Source of the DNA: Acidobacteriota bacterium
GTDB taxonomy: Bacteria > Acidobacteriota > Thermoanaerobaculia > Multivoradales > UBA5704
Direction of reading: 5' to 3'
NCBI GenBank assembly: GCA_040005235.1
Contig: JBDTZG010000028.1
Coordinates: forward strand, 6,940 to 70,939
Length of the DNA stretch: 64,000 bases
In this document: one piece after another, positions 37,829-48,427 of the stretch
Layout of the letters: every line of letters starts with the position of its first letter
Numbering within the stretch: the first letter of the stretch is position 1
The notes under the pieces: model-generated
Database searches by the model: none
What the model saw: only the letters and a program-made list of their open reading frames with translations
What the model was told of the DNA's origin: nothing
Made by a program: the position numbers and the translations under genes

Positions 37829-38910
37829 CCGTGTTGCGACAGGTTGAGCAGCACGCCGCAGGCGGTCATCGTGACCACCAGAGACGAGCCGCCGTAAGAG
37901 ATGAACGGCAGCGGAATGCCCTTGGTCGGCAGAAGCGCGAGCGCCACGCTGATGTTCAAGAGCGCCTGGAGCACGAGGACGATCGTGAAGCCCCAGGCGA
38001 GATAGCGGCCGAAGGCGTCCGGCGCCTTGGCCCCCGCGACATAGCCGCGCCAAGCGACGATCCCGAACAGGCCGATCACGAACAGCGCGCCGGCCATCCC
38101 CAGCTCTTCGCAGACGATCGCGTAGACGAAATCCGATTCCGGATGCGGCAGGAACCACAATTTCTGCAGGCTCTGCCCGGCGCCGAGCCCGAATGCGCCG
38201 CCCGAGCCGATCGCGATCAGCGATTGGAGCGCCTGGAAGCCCGAGCCGAGCGGATCGCGCTCGGGATCGAGAAAGGCGAAGAAGCGCTCTCTGCGATAGG
38301 GCACCGCGATCACCAGCGCGTAGAGGAGCGGCACCGCGAGCGCGAAGCCGCCGACCACGTAGCGCCAGGAGAGCCCGGCGAGGAAAAGCAGGAAGAAGAC
38401 CGTGCTGCCGAGCAGCACCGCGGTGCCGAAGTCCGGCTGGATCAAGATCAGACCGCAGACCAGGCCGCAGCCGAGCGCGATCGGCAGCAGCAGGTCGCGC
38501 TGGTTCACCCGATCGAGCTTCCGCGAGATCTGGTAGGCGGCGAACGGGATCAGCGCGAGCTTCGCGATCTCCGACGGCTGGATCGAGATCGGCCCGAGCA
38601 GGAACCAGCGTTGGGTGCCGTTCAGATGGCCGGAGAAGAGGACGGCGACCAGCAGTAACGTGATGCTCGCGAGCAGGCCATAGACCACCTCCGCCCGGCG
38701 CAGCACCCGGTAGTCGATGTGCATCACGACTGCCATCGCGACCAGACCGATGATCCCGGCGATCGACTGCTTGAGCAGGAACGGATTGATCCCCGCGGCG
38801 CGGTCGCGGGCGATCGCCGCGCTCGCCGAATAGACCATCACCAGGCCGAAGCCCGCGAGCAGGGCGACCGCGCCGAACAGCAGCTTGTCGTAGGCGAGCT
38901 TTTTGGCCAT
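37825..38910 (-). CDS. ftsW: Peptidoglycan glycosyltransferase FtsW (SEDS family)
   Basis: The start is at [30 protein letters not shown] after a ggaggg RBS. It has 10 TM helices and 361 aa. The upstream 121 aa of the track ORF is Arg-rich antisense or read-through. Confidence 0.9.
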   Translation of the reverse strand: MAKKLAYDKLLFGAVALLAGFGLVMVYSASAAIARDRAAGINPFLLKQSIAGIIGLVAMAVVMHIDYRVLRRAEVVYGLLASITLLLVAVLFSGHLNGTQRWFLLGPISIQPSEIAKLALIPFAAYQISRKLDRVNQRDLLLPIALGCGLVCGLILIQPDFGTAVLLGSTVFFLLFLAGLSWRYVVGGFALAVPLLYALVIAVPYRRERFFAFLDPERDPLGSGFQALQSLIAIGSGGAFGLGAGQSLQKLWFLPHPESDFVYAIVCEELGMAGALFVIGLFGIVAWRGYVAGAKAPDAFGRYLAWGFTIVLVLQALLNISVALALLPTKGIPLPFISYGGSSLVVTMTACGVLLNLSQHG

Positions 38911-40343
38911 CAGGCGTTCCCTCCGGCCTCGCCGAGCACCCGCGTGCGCACCAGCTCCTGGAACACCTGCCCCCGGTGCTCGAAGTTCTTGAATTGGTCG
39001 AAGCTCGCGCAGGCCGGCGAAAGCACCACGACATCGCCCGCCCGGGCGTGCCGGGTCGCCGCCTCGACCGCCCGGTCGAGCGTTCCGACGTTTTCGATCG
39101 GCGCGGCACGGCCAAGCGCCTGATCGAAATCCTCGGCCGATTCGCCGATCAGATAGACCCGGCGCGCCTTCACGGCGACCAGCGGCGCGAGCACCGAAAG
39201 GTCGGCGCCTTTGTTGCGGCCGCCGAGAATCAGATGGACGGTGCCGTCGGCGAACCCTTCGATCGACTTGCATGTCGCCGCCGGGTTGGTGCCTTTGGAG
39301 TCGTCGTACCAGGCAACACCCTCGTGCTCGCAGACCCGTTCCAGCCGGTGGGGGAGGCCGCGGAACGCCCGGATCGCTTCGCGGATCGCGCCCGCGCCGG
39401 CTCCGATTGCGCGAGCGAGCAGGGCGGCGGCCATCGCGTTTTCGACGTTCTGCACCCCGGCGAGCGGAACGTCGGCGGCCTCGAACAGGGGAGTCTTTCG
39501 ACCGTCCGGCTCTACCTCTACCACCCAGCCGTCTTCAAGCTGGCAGCCGTCGGTGACCGGCGCCAGACGCGAAAACACCCGCCGCCGCGCCGCGGTCGCC
39601 AATTCGAGCGTCCACGGGTCGTCGGCGTTCAGCACCGCGATGCCATCGGGCCGCATGCGGGCAAACAGCCGCTTCTTTGCGTGGGCATACGCCGCGAGGC
39701 TCGGATAGCGGTCGAGGTGATCCTCCGAGAGGTTGAGCAGCGCCGCGGCGTCCGGCCGGAAACGGTCGAGCCCTTCGATCTGGAAGCTCGACACCTCGAC
39801 CACGAACGCCCGGCCGGGCGCGGCCCCCGGCTCCGCATCGGCCCGTTCGGTGAGGGGAGTGCCGATGTTGCCGCAGACCTCCACCCGGCGGCCCGCGACG
39901 CGGAGGATCGCGCCGAGCATTTCGGTCACCGTGCTCTTGCCGTTGCTGCCGGTGATCGCGGCGATATTGGCGCCCTCCGCTTCGAGCGCGGGAAACGCCA
40001 GCTCGACCTCGGCGATGACGGGCAAGCCCTCGGCCCGCGCTTCATGGATCAGCGGCTGGTCCATCGGCACGCCGGGGGAGACGACGACCGCGTCGAGTCG
40101 ATCCAGCAGGCCCAACCGCGTGGCCGAGTCGGCGCCCAGGCGCAGCTCAACGCCGGGATCGTGGGCCAGCTCTTCGAGATGGAGGTCCTCGGCGAGCTTC
40201 TTGTCGACCCCGACCACGGCGACGCCTCGCTTCCTTAAAAAGCGCGCGGCCGAGATCCCCGACACTTTAAGCCCATAGACCAGCACCCGCTCGAAGCGGC
40301 CGGTGCCCCAAGGGGCGAACAGGGATGGATTCGTGCCGCTCAT
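38910..40343 (-). CDS. murD: UDP-N-acetylmuramoylalanine--D-glutamate ligase
   Basis: The start is at [13 protein letters not shown]. The P-loop is [13 protein letters not shown]. 477 aa. The stop overlaps the ftsW start by 1 nt (TGATG). The 845-aa track ORF is a read-through into mraY. Confidence 0.95.
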   Translation of the reverse strand: MSGTNPSLFAPWGTGRFERVLVYGLKVSGISAARFLRKRGVAVVGVDKKLAEDLHLEELAHDPGVELRLGADSATRLGLLDRLDAVVVSPGVPMDQPLIHEARAEGLPVIAEVELAFPALEAEGANIAAITGSNGKSTVTEMLGAILRVAGRRVEVCGNIGTPLTERADAEPGAAPGRAFVVEVSSFQIEGLDRFRPDAAALLNLSEDHLDRYPSLAAYAHAKKRLFARMRPDGIAVLNADDPWTLELATAARRRVFSRLAPVTDGCQLEDGWVVEVEPDGRKTPLFEAADVPLAGVQNVENAMAAALLARAIGAGAGAIREAIRAFRGLPHRLERVCEHEGVAWYDDSKGTNPAATCKSIEGFADGTVHLILGGRNKGADLSVLAPLVAVKARRVYLIGESAEDFDQALGRAAPIENVGTLDRAVEAATRHARAGDVVVLSPACASFDQFKNFEHRGQVFQELVRTRVLGEAGGNA

Positions 40344-41416
40344 CGCAGTTTCAACGTCGAGATGGAAAGCAGCGCGAACAGGATCGAGAGAATCCAGAAG
40401 CGCACGATCACCTTGGGTTCGGCCCAGCCCGACAGCTCGAAATGGTGGTGGAGGGGCGCCATGCGGAACACTCTCTTTCCGCGCAGCTTGAACGAGGCGA
40501 CCTGGATGATCACCGACAGGGCTTCCATCACGAACACGCCGCCGACCACCACGAGTAGGATTTCCTGCTTCGCGAGCACGGCGACGCTGCCGATCGCCGC
40601 GCCGAGCGACAGCGAGCCGACATCGCCCATGAACACTTCGGCCGGATGGGAGTTGAACCAGAGGAATCCCAGGCCCGCGCCCACCAGGGCGGAGCAGAAC
40701 ACCGCCACCTCGCCGACACCGGGAACGTAGGAGATCTGGAGGTAGTTGGCGATCACCTTGTTGCCACCGACGTAGGTGAACAGGGCGTAGGTTCCCGCGG
40801 CGACCGTGGTGGCGCCGATCGCCAGGCCGTCGAGCCCGTCGGTCAGGTTGACCGCGTTCGAGGCGCCGACCAGCACCAGGACCACGAACGGCACGTAGGC
40901 GAGGCCGAGCGGAATCACCAGGCGCTTGAAGAACGGAAACGCCAGGGTCGAATCGAATTCCGGAATCGCCCACAAGGCGAGCCCCAGCCCGAGGCCGGCC
41001 ACGACCTGCAACAAAAACTTGGTGCGCGCGGTGAGCCCTAGGTTCTGCCGCCGCTTCACCTTCAGATAGTCGTCGAGGAAGCCGACGGCGCCGAAGGCGA
41101 CGGTCACCCCCATCGCGAGCCAGAGGTATCGGTTGCGTAGGTTGCCCCAAAGGAGCGTCGGCACGATCAGGGCGAACAGGATCAGCAGTCCCCCCATCGT
41201 GGGGGTGCCGGCTTTCACCTGATGCGCCTGCGGTCCCAGCTCGCGGATGTTCTGGCCGACCGACAGGCGCCGGAGAGTGCGGATGAACCAGGGACCGAGC
41301 AGCCAGGAGAGCAGCAGCGCGGTGACGATCGCCGCCGCCGCCCGGAACGTGATGTAGCGGAAGACGTTGAAGACCGCGAACCGCTCGTGGAGCGGATAGA
41401 GCAGCTCGTAGAGCAT
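40340..41416 (-). CDS. mraY: Phospho-N-acetylmuramoyl-pentapeptide transferase
   Basis: 358 aa. It has the MraY motifs [13 protein letters not shown] and the HHHFE segment ([12 protein letters not shown]). It shows ATGA overlap with the murD start. Confidence 0.95.
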   Translation of the reverse strand: MLYELLYPLHERFAVFNVFRYITFRAAAAIVTALLLSWLLGPWFIRTLRRLSVGQNIRELGPQAHQVKAGTPTMGGLLILFALIVPTLLWGNLRNRYLWLAMGVTVAFGAVGFLDDYLKVKRRQNLGLTARTKFLLQVVAGLGLGLALWAIPEFDSTLAFPFFKRLVIPLGLAYVPFVVLVLVGASNAVNLTDGLDGLAIGATTVAAGTYALFTYVGGNKVIANYLQISYVPGVGEVAVFCSALVGAGLGFLWFNSHPAEVFMGDVGSLSLGAAIGSVAVLAKQEILLVVVGGVFVMEALSVIIQVASFKLRGKRVFRMAPLHHHFELSGWAEPKVIVRFWILSILFALLSISTLKLR

Positions 41417-42927
41417 CAGGCCCTTTCCTCTCCGCGCATCCGATCAACCACCCGATCGAGATGCACCCCGCGCGAGCCCTTCACCAGCACGACGTCTCCC
41501 GGCACGACATGGCTTGCCGCCCACTCCGCCGCCGCATTGGCTTCGGAAAAGTGAATCGCTTCGGCGCCGCCCGCCGCGGCGCCGGCCACCAGCTCGCGCG
41601 CCAGCTCGCCCACTCCCACGACCGGGGAAAAGCCGAGCGCCGCGGCTTGTTTTCCGGCTTCGCGATGAAACGCCGGACCGCTGGCCCCCAGCTCCAGCAT
41701 GTCGCCGAGGATCGCCACCCGGCGATGGCTGCAGCCAACCCGGCCGTTTGGCCGGTTGCTTGAAACAAGACCCGCAGCTCCGGCGAGAGCCTTGCCCACC
41801 GCATCGGGATTCGAGTTGTAGGAGTCGTCGATCAAAACCGCGATCCCGCCTTCCAGCTCCAGGCGATGGACCTCGCCGCGCCCTTTGGCGCTCGGCATCT
41901 CGGCGGCGACTTCGAGGATCTCTTCGAGCGGCACGCCGATCGACCAGGCGGCCGCGGCGGCGGCGAGGAAGTTCTCGACGTTGTAGGCGCCGTGGAGAGC
42001 CAGGTGAACCGGCCGGCGCTCCCCCTCGACTTCGAGGGTGAAGCGGCTGCCGAGGCCGTCCGGATCGGCGAGGACGTCCAGCGCGCGAAGGTCGAGGCGA
42101 TCCTCGCCGTCGGCGAAACCGTCCACCGGCTCGCCCAAGGCGTACCAGATGATTCGTCCCCCTTGCTGCTCATCGCGCTCATCGCGCTCGTCGCGATGCC
42201 GGCGGACGATCCGGACGATCTCCGGGTCGCAGGCGTTGGCGACCACCCAGCCATCGCTCGCCAGACCGGCGAGCAGCTCGGCCTTCGCCTCGGCGATCGC
42301 CCGCACCGAATCGAAGAATTCGAGGTGCGCCGGCCGGACGACCGTAAACACCGCGAGGTCCGGCCGGGCCAGCAAGGAGAGCTCGCGCAGCTCGCCGGCC
42401 GACGACATGCCCATCTCGGCGACCATCCATTCGGTGTCGTCGGGGACGTTGAGCAGCGAGACCGGCAGGCCGATCCGGTTGTTGAAGTTGCCCACCGTGC
42501 GCCCGACCCGGAAGCGGCGGGCGAGCATCGCGGCCAGCAGCTCCTTGGTCGTCGTCTTGCCCGCCGAGCCGGTGATCCCCGCCAGCTGCTCCGGCGCCCG
42601 GTCCCGCAGGCTGCGAGCCAGCTCGACCAGCGCGTCGCCGACGTCGCCGACCTCGATTAGGAATCCATCGGAACCGGCCGGCAGGCGCGCCGCCGGATCG
42701 CCAGCCCCGCTCTCGGCGCTTTCAACGACCGCTCCCGCGGCGCCTCGGGCAAACGCATCGGCCACGAACGAGCGACCGTCGACCCGCTCGCCGCGGAAGG
42801 CGAAGAACAGCTCGCCGCCGCGGATCGTTCGCGAATCGATCGCCGCGCCGCCGAAACGCGCGGCGGGATCGCCCGCGGCGAGCCGGCCGGCCATCGCGAG
42901 CACCGCTTCAGCAGCCGAGGCGTGCAC
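41416..42927 (-). CDS. murF: UDP-N-acetylmuramoyl-tripeptide--D-alanyl-D-alanine ligase
   Basis: The P-loop is [13 protein letters not shown], with DDSYNSNP and the Mur-ligase C-terminal domain. The start is either the first Met (overlapping murE by 20 nt) or Met12. Confidence 0.9.
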   Translation of the reverse strand: MHASAAEAVLAMAGRLAAGDPAARFGGAAIDSRTIRGGELFFAFRGERVDGRSFVADAFARGAAGAVVESAESGAGDPAARLPAGSDGFLIEVGDVGDALVELARSLRDRAPEQLAGITGSAGKTTTKELLAAMLARRFRVGRTVGNFNNRIGLPVSLLNVPDDTEWMVAEMGMSSAGELRELSLLARPDLAVFTVVRPAHLEFFDSVRAIAEAKAELLAGLASDGWVVANACDPEIVRIVRRHRDERDERDEQQGGRIIWYALGEPVDGFADGEDRLDLRALDVLADPDGLGSRFTLEVEGERRPVHLALHGAYNVENFLAAAAAAWSIGVPLEEILEVAAEMPSAKGRGEVHRLELEGGIAVLIDDSYNSNPDAVGKALAGAAGLVSSNRPNGRVGCSHRRVAILGDMLELGASGPAFHREAGKQAAALGFSPVVGVGELARELVAGAAAGGAEAIHFSEANAAAEWAASHVVPGDVVLVKGSRGVHLDRVVDRMRGEERA

Positions 42928-44437
42928 CGAATCTCTCCGTGAGCGCGCGCTCGATCTCTTCGAAATCCGAAAACGGCAGCTTGCGGTCGCCGATCGTCTG
43001 GTCGCGTTCGTGCCCTTTGCCGGCGATCAGCACGGCCGACCCCTCTTCGGCGGCGGCGATCGCGGTGCGGATCGCATCGCGCCGGTCGGGGATCAATAGA
43101 TAGTTGTTGCGCCCGGTCGAGCGCAGACCCTCTTCCACCGCGGCGAGGATCGCGTGCGGATCTTCGCTGCGCGGGTTGTCGGAGGTGGCGATCGCGAGAT
43201 CTGCCAGCTCGCCCGCGACCCGGCCCATCACCGGCCGCTTGCCCGGATCGCGGTCGCCGCCGCAACCGAAGACGACGATCGTCCGGCCCGGCGCGATCTC
43301 GCGCACCGAGGCGATCGCGGCGGAAAGGGCCGCGTCGGTATGGGCGTAATCGACGATCGCGGCAAACGGCTGGCCGCATTCGACCGGCTCCAGGCGGCCG
43401 GGAACCGGCTGCTGCGCCGCGGCGGCTGCGACCACGGCCGAGACCGGAATTGCCGCCGTCTGGAGCGCCAGGGCGCCCGCGATCGCGGCGGTCAGATTCG
43501 ACAGGTTGTAGCGGCCGAGCAGCGCCGAGGCGATCTCGAATTCATCCAGATTTCCGGAGTCGGAATCGGCCACGACGATCGTCGCGGAGAGCCCATGGCG
43601 ATCGAGCTTCGCGTCGCGCGCCGAGACGGTGGCCGCGTTCCCTTCGACGCTGTAGGTCCAGGCCCCGGGCAGCTCGGCTGCCAGCCGTCGGCCGTACTCG
43701 TCGTCGACGTTGATCACCGCCCGGCCGTTCGGCTTCAAGCGCGTAAACAGCCGGCGCTTCGCGGCGAAGTAGCTCTCCATGTCGCCGTGCAGATCGAGAT
43801 GGTCGCGCGACAGGTTGGTGAACAGAGCGAGATCGAATTCCGCGCCGTCGGCCCGGCCCTGTTCGAGGGCGTGCGACGACACCTCCATGGCCACCGCCGC
43901 CGCCCCGGCGTCGCGCATGGCGCGCAGGGTGCGGAACAGGTCGCTCGCCTCAGGCGTCGTCCGCTCGCCGGGAAAGCTCTTCCCGCGCAGGCGATAGCCG
44001 AGCGTGCCGATGAATCCCGCCGGCTGCCCGGCCTTTTCGAAGATCGCAGCGAGCAGCGTCGCGACGGTCGATTTGCCGTTCGTGCCGGTCACCCCGGCGA
44101 GGATCAGCTCGCGATCCGGATGGCCGTAGATCCGCGCCGCGAGCGGCGGGAGCAGCGCGCGGGGATTCGCCGCCGAAAGCCAGGGGATTTCGGTCCCGAG
44201 CCCCGCCGGACGGTTCCCCGGTGCGACCACCGCGACGGCGCCCCGCTCGACCGCCTGGGGCGCGAACTCCCGGCCGTCGAACCGTCCGCCGGACCAGGCG
44301 ACGAACAGGTCGCCGGGCCGGACCGCGCGCGAGTCGTGGCAAACGCCGGAAATCGTCGGGTCGCCCGGCAGACCGCCGTCGGCTTCCACCGCTAGCCTGA
44401 GCCCGTCGATCAGCTCCGAGAGGGGGAGCGCGCTCAT
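42908..44437 (-). CDS. murE: UDP-N-acetylmuramoyl-L-alanyl-D-glutamate--2,6-diaminopimelate ligase
   Basis: The start is at MSALPLSELIDGL after a gggagg RBS. The P-loop is VTGTNGKSTV. The DAP-specificity region is DNPRSED. 509 aa. The 1134-aa track ORF is a read-through into ftsI. Confidence 0.95.
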   Translation of the reverse strand: MSALPLSELIDGLRLAVEADGGLPGDPTISGVCHDSRAVRPGDLFVAWSGGRFDGREFAPQAVERGAVAVVAPGNRPAGLGTEIPWLSAANPRALLPPLAARIYGHPDRELILAGVTGTNGKSTVATLLAAIFEKAGQPAGFIGTLGYRLRGKSFPGERTTPEASDLFRTLRAMRDAGAAAVAMEVSSHALEQGRADGAEFDLALFTNLSRDHLDLHGDMESYFAAKRRLFTRLKPNGRAVINVDDEYGRRLAAELPGAWTYSVEGNAATVSARDAKLDRHGLSATIVVADSDSGNLDEFEIASALLGRYNLSNLTAAIAGALALQTAAIPVSAVVAAAAAQQPVPGRLEPVECGQPFAAIVDYAHTDAALSAAIASVREIAPGRTIVVFGCGGDRDPGKRPVMGRVAGELADLAIATSDNPRSEDPHAILAAVEEGLRSTGRNNYLLIPDRRDAIRTAIAAAEEGSAVLIAGKGHERDQTIGDRKLPFSDFEEIERALTERFGARLGC

Positions 44438-46353
44438 CCTTCGCCTCCCGGAGTTACGGGCGTTGCCGCCGGGGTAATGCTGAGGGTGCTCGCCGGGATC
44501 GGCCGAACCGCCGGCCGGCCGGTCGGCTGGGTCGCCGGCTGGGCGGCCGGTGTGGCGCGGGCCTTGGGAGCCGCCGGAGGTCCCGGAGCGGCCCCCTCCG
44601 GTGCCGGAGTCAACCCCGCCGTCACCATTTTCGGCATCGCCTGGCCGTCCGGCCAGTCGGGCCGGGCCCGCTCCGGGCGGACGCCGAGGTAGAGCAGGAC
44701 CTGGCGGGCGATCGCGCCGAACACCGGCGCCGCGACCTGTCCGCCGTGATATTCGAAACCCTGCGGCGCGTCGATCGCGACGACGCCGACGATCTGCGGC
44801 CGGTCGCCCGGCGCGAAACCGACGAAGCTCGGCACGTAGTGGTTCCGATCGTAGCCGCCGTCGAGTGGAATCTGCGCCGTCCCGGTCTTGCCGGCCACGT
44901 TGTACCCCTCGACCGCGGCGGACTTGCCCGTTCCTCCGGTCACCACCCCTTCGAGCAGGCGCGTCACTTCGGCGGCGGTGGCCACCGACATGGCGCGCCC
45001 GACCGGCAGCGCCGCGGCATGAAGCGGCTCGATCTGCCCGGCGGCGCCGGTCGCGGCGACCATGTAAGGCCGAAGGCGGACGCCGCCATTGGCGACGGTC
45101 GCCGCCGCCACCGCGAGCTGGAGAGGCGTCACCGACACCCCCTGGCCGAACGAGATGTACGCCTTGCTGAGCGGAAAGCGGCGCCACTCGGACAGGGGGT
45201 GGAGGATGCCCGAGGCCTCGCCGGGCAGGTCGATGCCGCTCTTCCGGCCGAAGCCGAGCGCGCTCGCCATCCCGTACAGCCGCTCGTCGCCGAGCAGCAG
45301 GGCGGTCTTGATCATGCCGACGTTGCTCGATTTGGCGATCGCCTCGGCGAAGGTCAGGAGCCCGAACGGCTTGTGGTCGCGAATCCGGATGCCGGCCAGG
45401 GTGATGCCACCCATGCCGCAGTCGAAGGTGTCGCTCGCCTTGACCACGCCGCTTTCGAGCGCCGCCGAGGCGGTGACGAGCTTGAACGTCGAGCCCGGCT
45501 CGTAGGAATCGGTAACCGCCCGATTGCGCGCCCGGTTGCGCAACAGGTCTTTCGACGTCTCGCCGTACTGGTTCGGATCGAAGCTCGGGTAGCTCGCGAG
45601 AGCCAAAATGCCGCCGGTTCGCGGGTCGAGAAACACCGCCATCCCTTTGCGCGCGCCCCGCTCGTCGACCGTCTGGGCCAGCTCGCGCTCGACGATGTGC
45701 TGGATCGTCGCGTCGAGCGTCAGGTGCAGATCGCGCCCCGGCTCCGGATCGGTGAACGACAGCTCGGGGTCCATCACGGTCCCCTTGCGCGCATCGCGAA
45801 GGACGGTTCGGCGGCCCGGTTTGCCGGCGACGGTCGAGTCGTAGAGCTTCTCCAGCCCTTCCAGGCCATGGTTCTCGGTGCCGACGAACCCGAGCACTTG
45901 GGCGGCCAGCTCGCGCATCGGGTAGTAGCGCTTGCTCTCGGTGACGAACCGTAGTCCTTTGACCTGGAGCGCGCGAATCTGATCGGCGAACTGTGGATCG
46001 AGCTTCCTTTTGATCCAAACGAAGTCGCGGCTCTTGTCGCCCAACTGCTTGGCGAGCTTCTCCGGCTCTTTGTCGACGAGCTTCGAAAGCTGGCGCGCCA
46101 CCGCGGCCGGGTCGGCGATCTCCGAGGGGATGGCGTAGACCGAATCGACCTCGATCGAGACCGCGAGCTCCCTTCCCCGCGCGTCGTAGATCGTGCCGCG
46201 CGGGGCATCGAGCTCGACCACCCGCTGCTGCTGATTGCCGGCGCGCTGGGTGTAGTGCGCGTGGCGGATGACCTGGAGGTAGTAGAGCCGTCCGGTGATC
46301 AGCGCCACCCAAGCGAGGCCGAGGCCGGCGACCACCCGGAGCCGCGTCTTCAC
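44434..46353 (-). CDS. ftsI: Peptidoglycan D,D-transpeptidase FtsI (class B PBP)
   Basis: It has an N-terminal TM anchor, the PBP dimerisation domain, and the transpeptidase motifs STFK (SYEPGSTFKLVTA), SSN and KTGT. The Pro/Ala-rich C-terminal tail is ~60 aa. Confidence 0.95.
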   Translation of the reverse strand: MKTRLRVVAGLGLAWVALITGRLYYLQVIRHAHYTQRAGNQQQRVVELDAPRGTIYDARGRELAVSIEVDSVYAIPSEIADPAAVARQLSKLVDKEPEKLAKQLGDKSRDFVWIKRKLDPQFADQIRALQVKGLRFVTESKRYYPMRELAAQVLGFVGTENHGLEGLEKLYDSTVAGKPGRRTVLRDARKGTVMDPELSFTDPEPGRDLHLTLDATIQHIVERELAQTVDERGARKGMAVFLDPRTGGILALASYPSFDPNQYGETSKDLLRNRARNRAVTDSYEPGSTFKLVTASAALESGVVKASDTFDCGMGGITLAGIRIRDHKPFGLLTFAEAIAKSSNVGMIKTALLLGDERLYGMASALGFGRKSGIDLPGEASGILHPLSEWRRFPLSKAYISFGQGVSVTPLQLAVAAATVANGGVRLRPYMVAATGAAGQIEPLHAAALPVGRAMSVATAAEVTRLLEGVVTGGTGKSAAVEGYNVAGKTGTAQIPLDGGYDRNHYVPSFVGFAPGDRPQIVGVVAIDAPQGFEYHGGQVAAPVFGAIARQVLLYLGVRPERARPDWPDGQAMPKMVTAGLTPAPEGAAPGPPAAPKARATPAAQPATQPTGRPAVRPIPASTLSITPAATPVTPGGEG

Positions 46354-46694
46354 GGCAGCTCCTCCCAGAAGATCACGCGATTGAGCGCGGGCGGTTCGAG
46401 CCCCAGCTCGTGCCGGGCGCGCTCCTCGATCCGCTGCGGGCTCGCCAGGTAGGCCGCTTCGAGCGACAGTTGCCGTTCGGTGCGGGTCATCTCCCGAAGT
46501 TGGGTTTCGAGTTTGTCGATCTTGTAGCCGGTCGACAGCACTTCGAGATGGATCCAGGTGTACGACAGCAAGCCGACGCCCAGAGCGCCGACCGCCGCCA
46601 GCACCAGACCCAGCTCGCGGAAGCGCTTGCGATCGCGCTCCCGAACCAGGTAGGCGTTGGCGACCGGCCGCGTGAAGGCGTAGGCATTCCTCAC
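46350..46694 (-). CDS. ftsL: Cell division protein FtsL-like (small bitopic coiled-coil protein)
   Basis: 114 aa. It has a TM helix (LGLVLAAVGALGVGLLSYTWI) followed by a coiled-coil. It sits between rsmH and ftsI in the canonical dcw position, with ATGA-type overlaps at both ends. Confidence 0.8.
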   Translation of the reverse strand: MRNAYAFTRPVANAYLVRERDRKRFRELGLVLAAVGALGVGLLSYTWIHLEVLSTGYKIDKLETQLREMTRTERQLSLEAAYLASPQRIEERARHELGLEPPALNRVIFWEELP

Positions 46695-47635
46695 CGCGTC
46701 TCCAGTCTCCGACCCGCGCGCAGGCGCGCCGAGCGCGACCGGGGGTTGATCGCGATTTCTTCCTCGGTCGGGCGCACCGACCGCTTTGTCAGCAGCTCGA
46801 TCGCCTGGCTCTCCGAGCGGGGACGGCCGGTGACGAGATCGATCTCGCCGCGGTGCAGATCGCGCAGCGTGTTCTTGACGATCCGATCCTCCAGGCTGTG
46901 GTACGAGATGATCACCAGACGCCCTTCGGCGTCGAGCTGGTCGACTGCTTGGTCGAGAAAGCTAAGGAGTCCGGAAAGCTCCTCGTTGACCTCGATGCGC
47001 AGCGCCTGGAACACGCGGGTCGCCGGATCGACCCGCCCTTCGCGATTACGGTGTCCGGCCTCATGCCCCTTGCCGCGGTCGATCGCGCGGCGCAGCTCCG
47101 AGGTGGTCTCGATCGGTTTCTCGCGGCGCGCCGCGACGATCGCGCGCGCGATCCGCCGCGATTGCCGCTCCTCGCCGTACTCCCAGAAGATCTTGGCCAA
47201 TTCTTCCTCCGAGCTTTCGTTCACGATGTCCGCCGCGGTAAGGCCTTCGTGGCCCATCCGCATGTCGAGCGGTCCGCCGAACCGGAAACTGAAGCCCCGT
47301 TCCGGCGAATCGATTTGCAACGACGAAACGCCGAGGTCGGCGAGAATCCCCGCCACCCGGCCGATCCCTTCCGCCCCGAGCAGCTCACCCAGGTCGGCAA
47401 AATTCCCCTCGACCAGCCGCACCCGGGGGCCGAAACGCGCCAACCGTTCGCGCGCGAGCCCGAGCGCTTGGCGGTCGCGATCGATCCCCACCAGCTCGAC
47501 CCCGGGGCCGGCCTCGAGGATCGCTTCCGCGTGACCGCCGAGCCCAAGCGTCGCGTCGACGAACACGCCGCCCCGCTCTGGCGCGAGAAGCTCGACGACC
47601 TCGCGGAGCAGGACGGGGACGTGACGTGCGGCCAC
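46691..47635 (-). CDS. rsmH: 16S rRNA (cytosine1402-N4)-methyltransferase
   Basis: GTG start at 47635, read as 'cac' on the plus strand, giving VAARHVPVLLREVVELLAP. The SAM motif is DATLGLGGH. 314 aa. The upstream 118 aa of the track ORF is Arg-rich read-through toward mraZ. Confidence 0.9.
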   Translation of the reverse strand: MAARHVPVLLREVVELLAPERGGVFVDATLGLGGHAEAILEAGPGVELVGIDRDRQALGLARERLARFGPRVRLVEGNFADLGELLGAEGIGRVAGILADLGVSSLQIDSPERGFSFRFGGPLDMRMGHEGLTAADIVNESSEEELAKIFWEYGEERQSRRIARAIVAARREKPIETTSELRRAIDRGKGHEAGHRNREGRVDPATRVFQALRIEVNEELSGLLSFLDQAVDQLDAEGRLVIISYHSLEDRIVKNTLRDLHRGEIDLVTGRPRSESQAIELLTKRSVRPTEEEIAINPRSRSARLRAGRRLETR

Positions 47636-47670
47636 GGGCTCTCGATCTCGGCGCGCGGAAGTCGCACGGA

Positions 47671-48114
47671 CTAGATTCCGCCGCGCTCCGCCAGGGCGCG
47701 GGAGTCGTCCTCGGTGAACGGCTGCTCGGCCATCCGCGCGACCAGGCGCTCGTGGTTCCAGACGATCAGGTGGTCGATCTGCGCCATCACCACCACGTCG
47801 CCGCTCATCCCGGCGCTCTCCCGCAGGATCTGCGGAATCACCAACCGCCCCTGGTCGTCCAACCGCACCTGCTGGCCGTAGTAGCTCGCGCGCTCCAGGA
47901 ACCGCTGCTTCGAGGGATCGGCCGAGGGCATCGCTTGGAGCTTCCCCTCGATCTCTTCCCAGACCGGCAGCGGGTAGAGCCGTGCGCAATCGCCGTGGAC
48001 CGAGGTCACGAACAGCTCGCGCCCATACCTCTCCTCAACGAACCGGCGGAAATCCGTCGGCACCTTGAGGCGGCCCTTCTCGTCGATCTTCGCTGGTGAG
48101 CTACCCCGGAACAT
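47671..48114 (-). CDS. mraZ: Transcriptional regulator MraZ
   Basis: MFRGSSPAKIDEKGRLKVP plus a second DxxxR-type repeat (LDDQGRLVIP). 147 aa. It is the first gene of the dcw cluster. Confidence 0.9.
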   Translation of the reverse strand: MFRGSSPAKIDEKGRLKVPTDFRRFVEERYGRELFVTSVHGDCARLYPLPVWEEIEGKLQAMPSADPSKQRFLERASYYGQQVRLDDQGRLVIPQILRESAGMSGDVVVMAQIDHLIVWNHERLVARMAEQPFTEDDSRALAERGGI

Positions 48115-48427
48115 GACCCCCGCCTTTGGGTCCAGCTATTTGGAGGGTGATTCTAGTCTGGTTGCTCCACTTCTGTCCAATTTTATCCACTAGGGGCCAC
48201 CAGGACCCCGCGGTGGGCTCTGAAACCTCTTTCCGCAGGGTCGGCGCGGGCGGCAGAGTCGGCACGGGTGTTGAGTACCCGGTCCGGGCACGAGGCGTAC
48301 CTCAGGGGCTGTCGGCGCAAAAATTTGCGAAATTTGCCGCCCAGGGGTCCCGCTGTCTCGCATTGACGCGCCGAAGCACCGTAACATTGCAGAGACCACA
48401 CAATTGATTCGACCGAGGAGACCCCCC

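Noticed and set aside
36653-46312. Very long minus-strand ORFs (820, 845 and 1134 aa) that would be fused MurG-FtsW, MurD-MraY and MurE-FtsI proteins
   Set aside because: These are read-through frames. The upstream extensions are Arg/Gly-rich and low-complexity. Each contains a well-placed internal ATG with an RBS that yields a canonical-length Mur/Fts protein. The extensions coincide with the neighbouring gene read in another frame.
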